Shown in pieces: positions 63,028 to 64,000 of a stretch of 64,000 bases of DNA. A model generated the notes under the pieces. That model did no database searches, was not told where the DNA came from, and saw nothing but the letters and a program-made list of their open reading frames with translations. This DNA is from Ginglymostoma cirratum. Lineage: Eukaryota. How positions within the stretch are numbered: position 1 is the first letter of the stretch; each line of letters starts with the position of its first letter. The stretch covers positions 19,224,239 to 19,288,238 of the forward strand of contig JAHRHZ010000077.1 of the NCBI GenBank assembly GCA_024137785.1. Reading direction: 5' to 3'. The translations under genes and the position numbers were made by a program.

Positions 63028-63329
63028 GTAAGTTCACGGTGAGAGAACCCTACAAAAGTGTGCACCTGAAACCAATCTTATTTTGTTTCCTATTTGGTAA
63101 CTGCAGCATTATTGATGTTTTGAGAGGCCTTGATAGAGTAAATGAGGGGAAACTATAAGGGGCGAGTGGAAAAAAATACCCTGTGCCAGCCTGTTGGAGA
63201 CACTGCTAGACTCATACTGTAGAGGTGCATATTCAAAAAGAATAGGAAGCTCGGTAAAGTTGGAGGAATAGCACTTAATCAAGGATACCATTTGTGTAAT
63301 TCTTACAGATGACCTTAGTTCAGGTGATT

Positions 63330-63910
63330 AGAATGTAGAATCGGTTTGGGTGGGGATGAAGAATTGAAAGAAATAATTCACCAGCAGGAGTGGTGTTCAA
63401 GCCCCCGAACAATGATGACAAAGCAGGACAACATATACAAGAAGCAAAGTGATAAAGAAATGGCAATAAGCATGGGTGACTTCAATAAACTGGAAAAATA
63501 AGATTGGCATGAATAGCCTGGATGAAGAGTTTATAGACTGTTTGAGTTTATTAGAACAGCACATTTTGGAACTGACCACAATAGAGGTTATATTAGACTT
63601 TGATATTATGTAATGTGACAGGATTAATTAATAGCCTTAGATAGCAGAGACCACATATGATTGAATTTCACATCCACTTTTGAAAGTGAGAAGACTGGGT
63701 CTAGGTCAAGTATTTTCTACTTGAATAAGTAGAACTAGGTGGGCAGGACAGCCAAGCTAGATGAAGTAAACTGGCATACGAGGCTAAGGAACAGATTGAT
63801 AGGATCAGTGACGTTTATTTCAAAGGGATATTTCAGAATAACATTCCTACGATAAAGATACATTATAATAGAAGGACTATCTATCATCCATGGTTACATA
63901 AAGAGGTTGT
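63330..63910 (+). mobile_element. Degenerate CR1 endonuclease-region fragment
   Basis: ESVWV, MGDFN and CATCCATGGTT remnants. Confidence 0.7.
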
Positions 63911-64000
63911 TCACGTTGGCATGAGGACAAAACAGCAGAAGCGGTCTATTGCACGAGTCCAAAATGTTAAAATGTACTTATAGCCCATAATCAAGAAGGC

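Overview
Eukaryotic vertebrate DNA, very likely from a shark; the repeat families suggest a carpet/bamboo shark, but that is inference. The window holds the promoter and first 8 coding exons of PDCD6IP/ALIX (Bro1 domain, residues 1-352) on the + strand. ATG is at 10406, the last visible exon ends at 63027, and the gene continues past the window. The exons join in frame through GT-AG introns (209+55+70+128+154+101+117+223 = 1057 nt). The rest is densely packed with retroelements: CR1-type LINEs, a second CR1/L2-group LINE and its partner tRNA-SINE, V-domain SINEs, degenerate Deu-like SINEs, a Tx1/L1 LINE, and several Penelope-like element (PLE) families. Main points of interest: (1) PLE termini carry minimal hammerhead-ribozyme cores and are often inserted as inverted pairs with 9-17 bp target duplications; (2) exon 7 has a tandem acceptor adding YFYFQ, as in the long human ALIX isoform, behind a ~150-nt AG-free zone; (3) a reconstructable ~1 kb inversion carries a 122-bp inverted duplication; (4) one PLE insertion copies its target site three times. 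There is one 400-nt assembly gap (30875-31274). Most of the short ORFs in the track are repeat-derived or spurious. I found no clearly new coding system. Repeat boundaries are approximate and family names come from motif recognition, not a database search.
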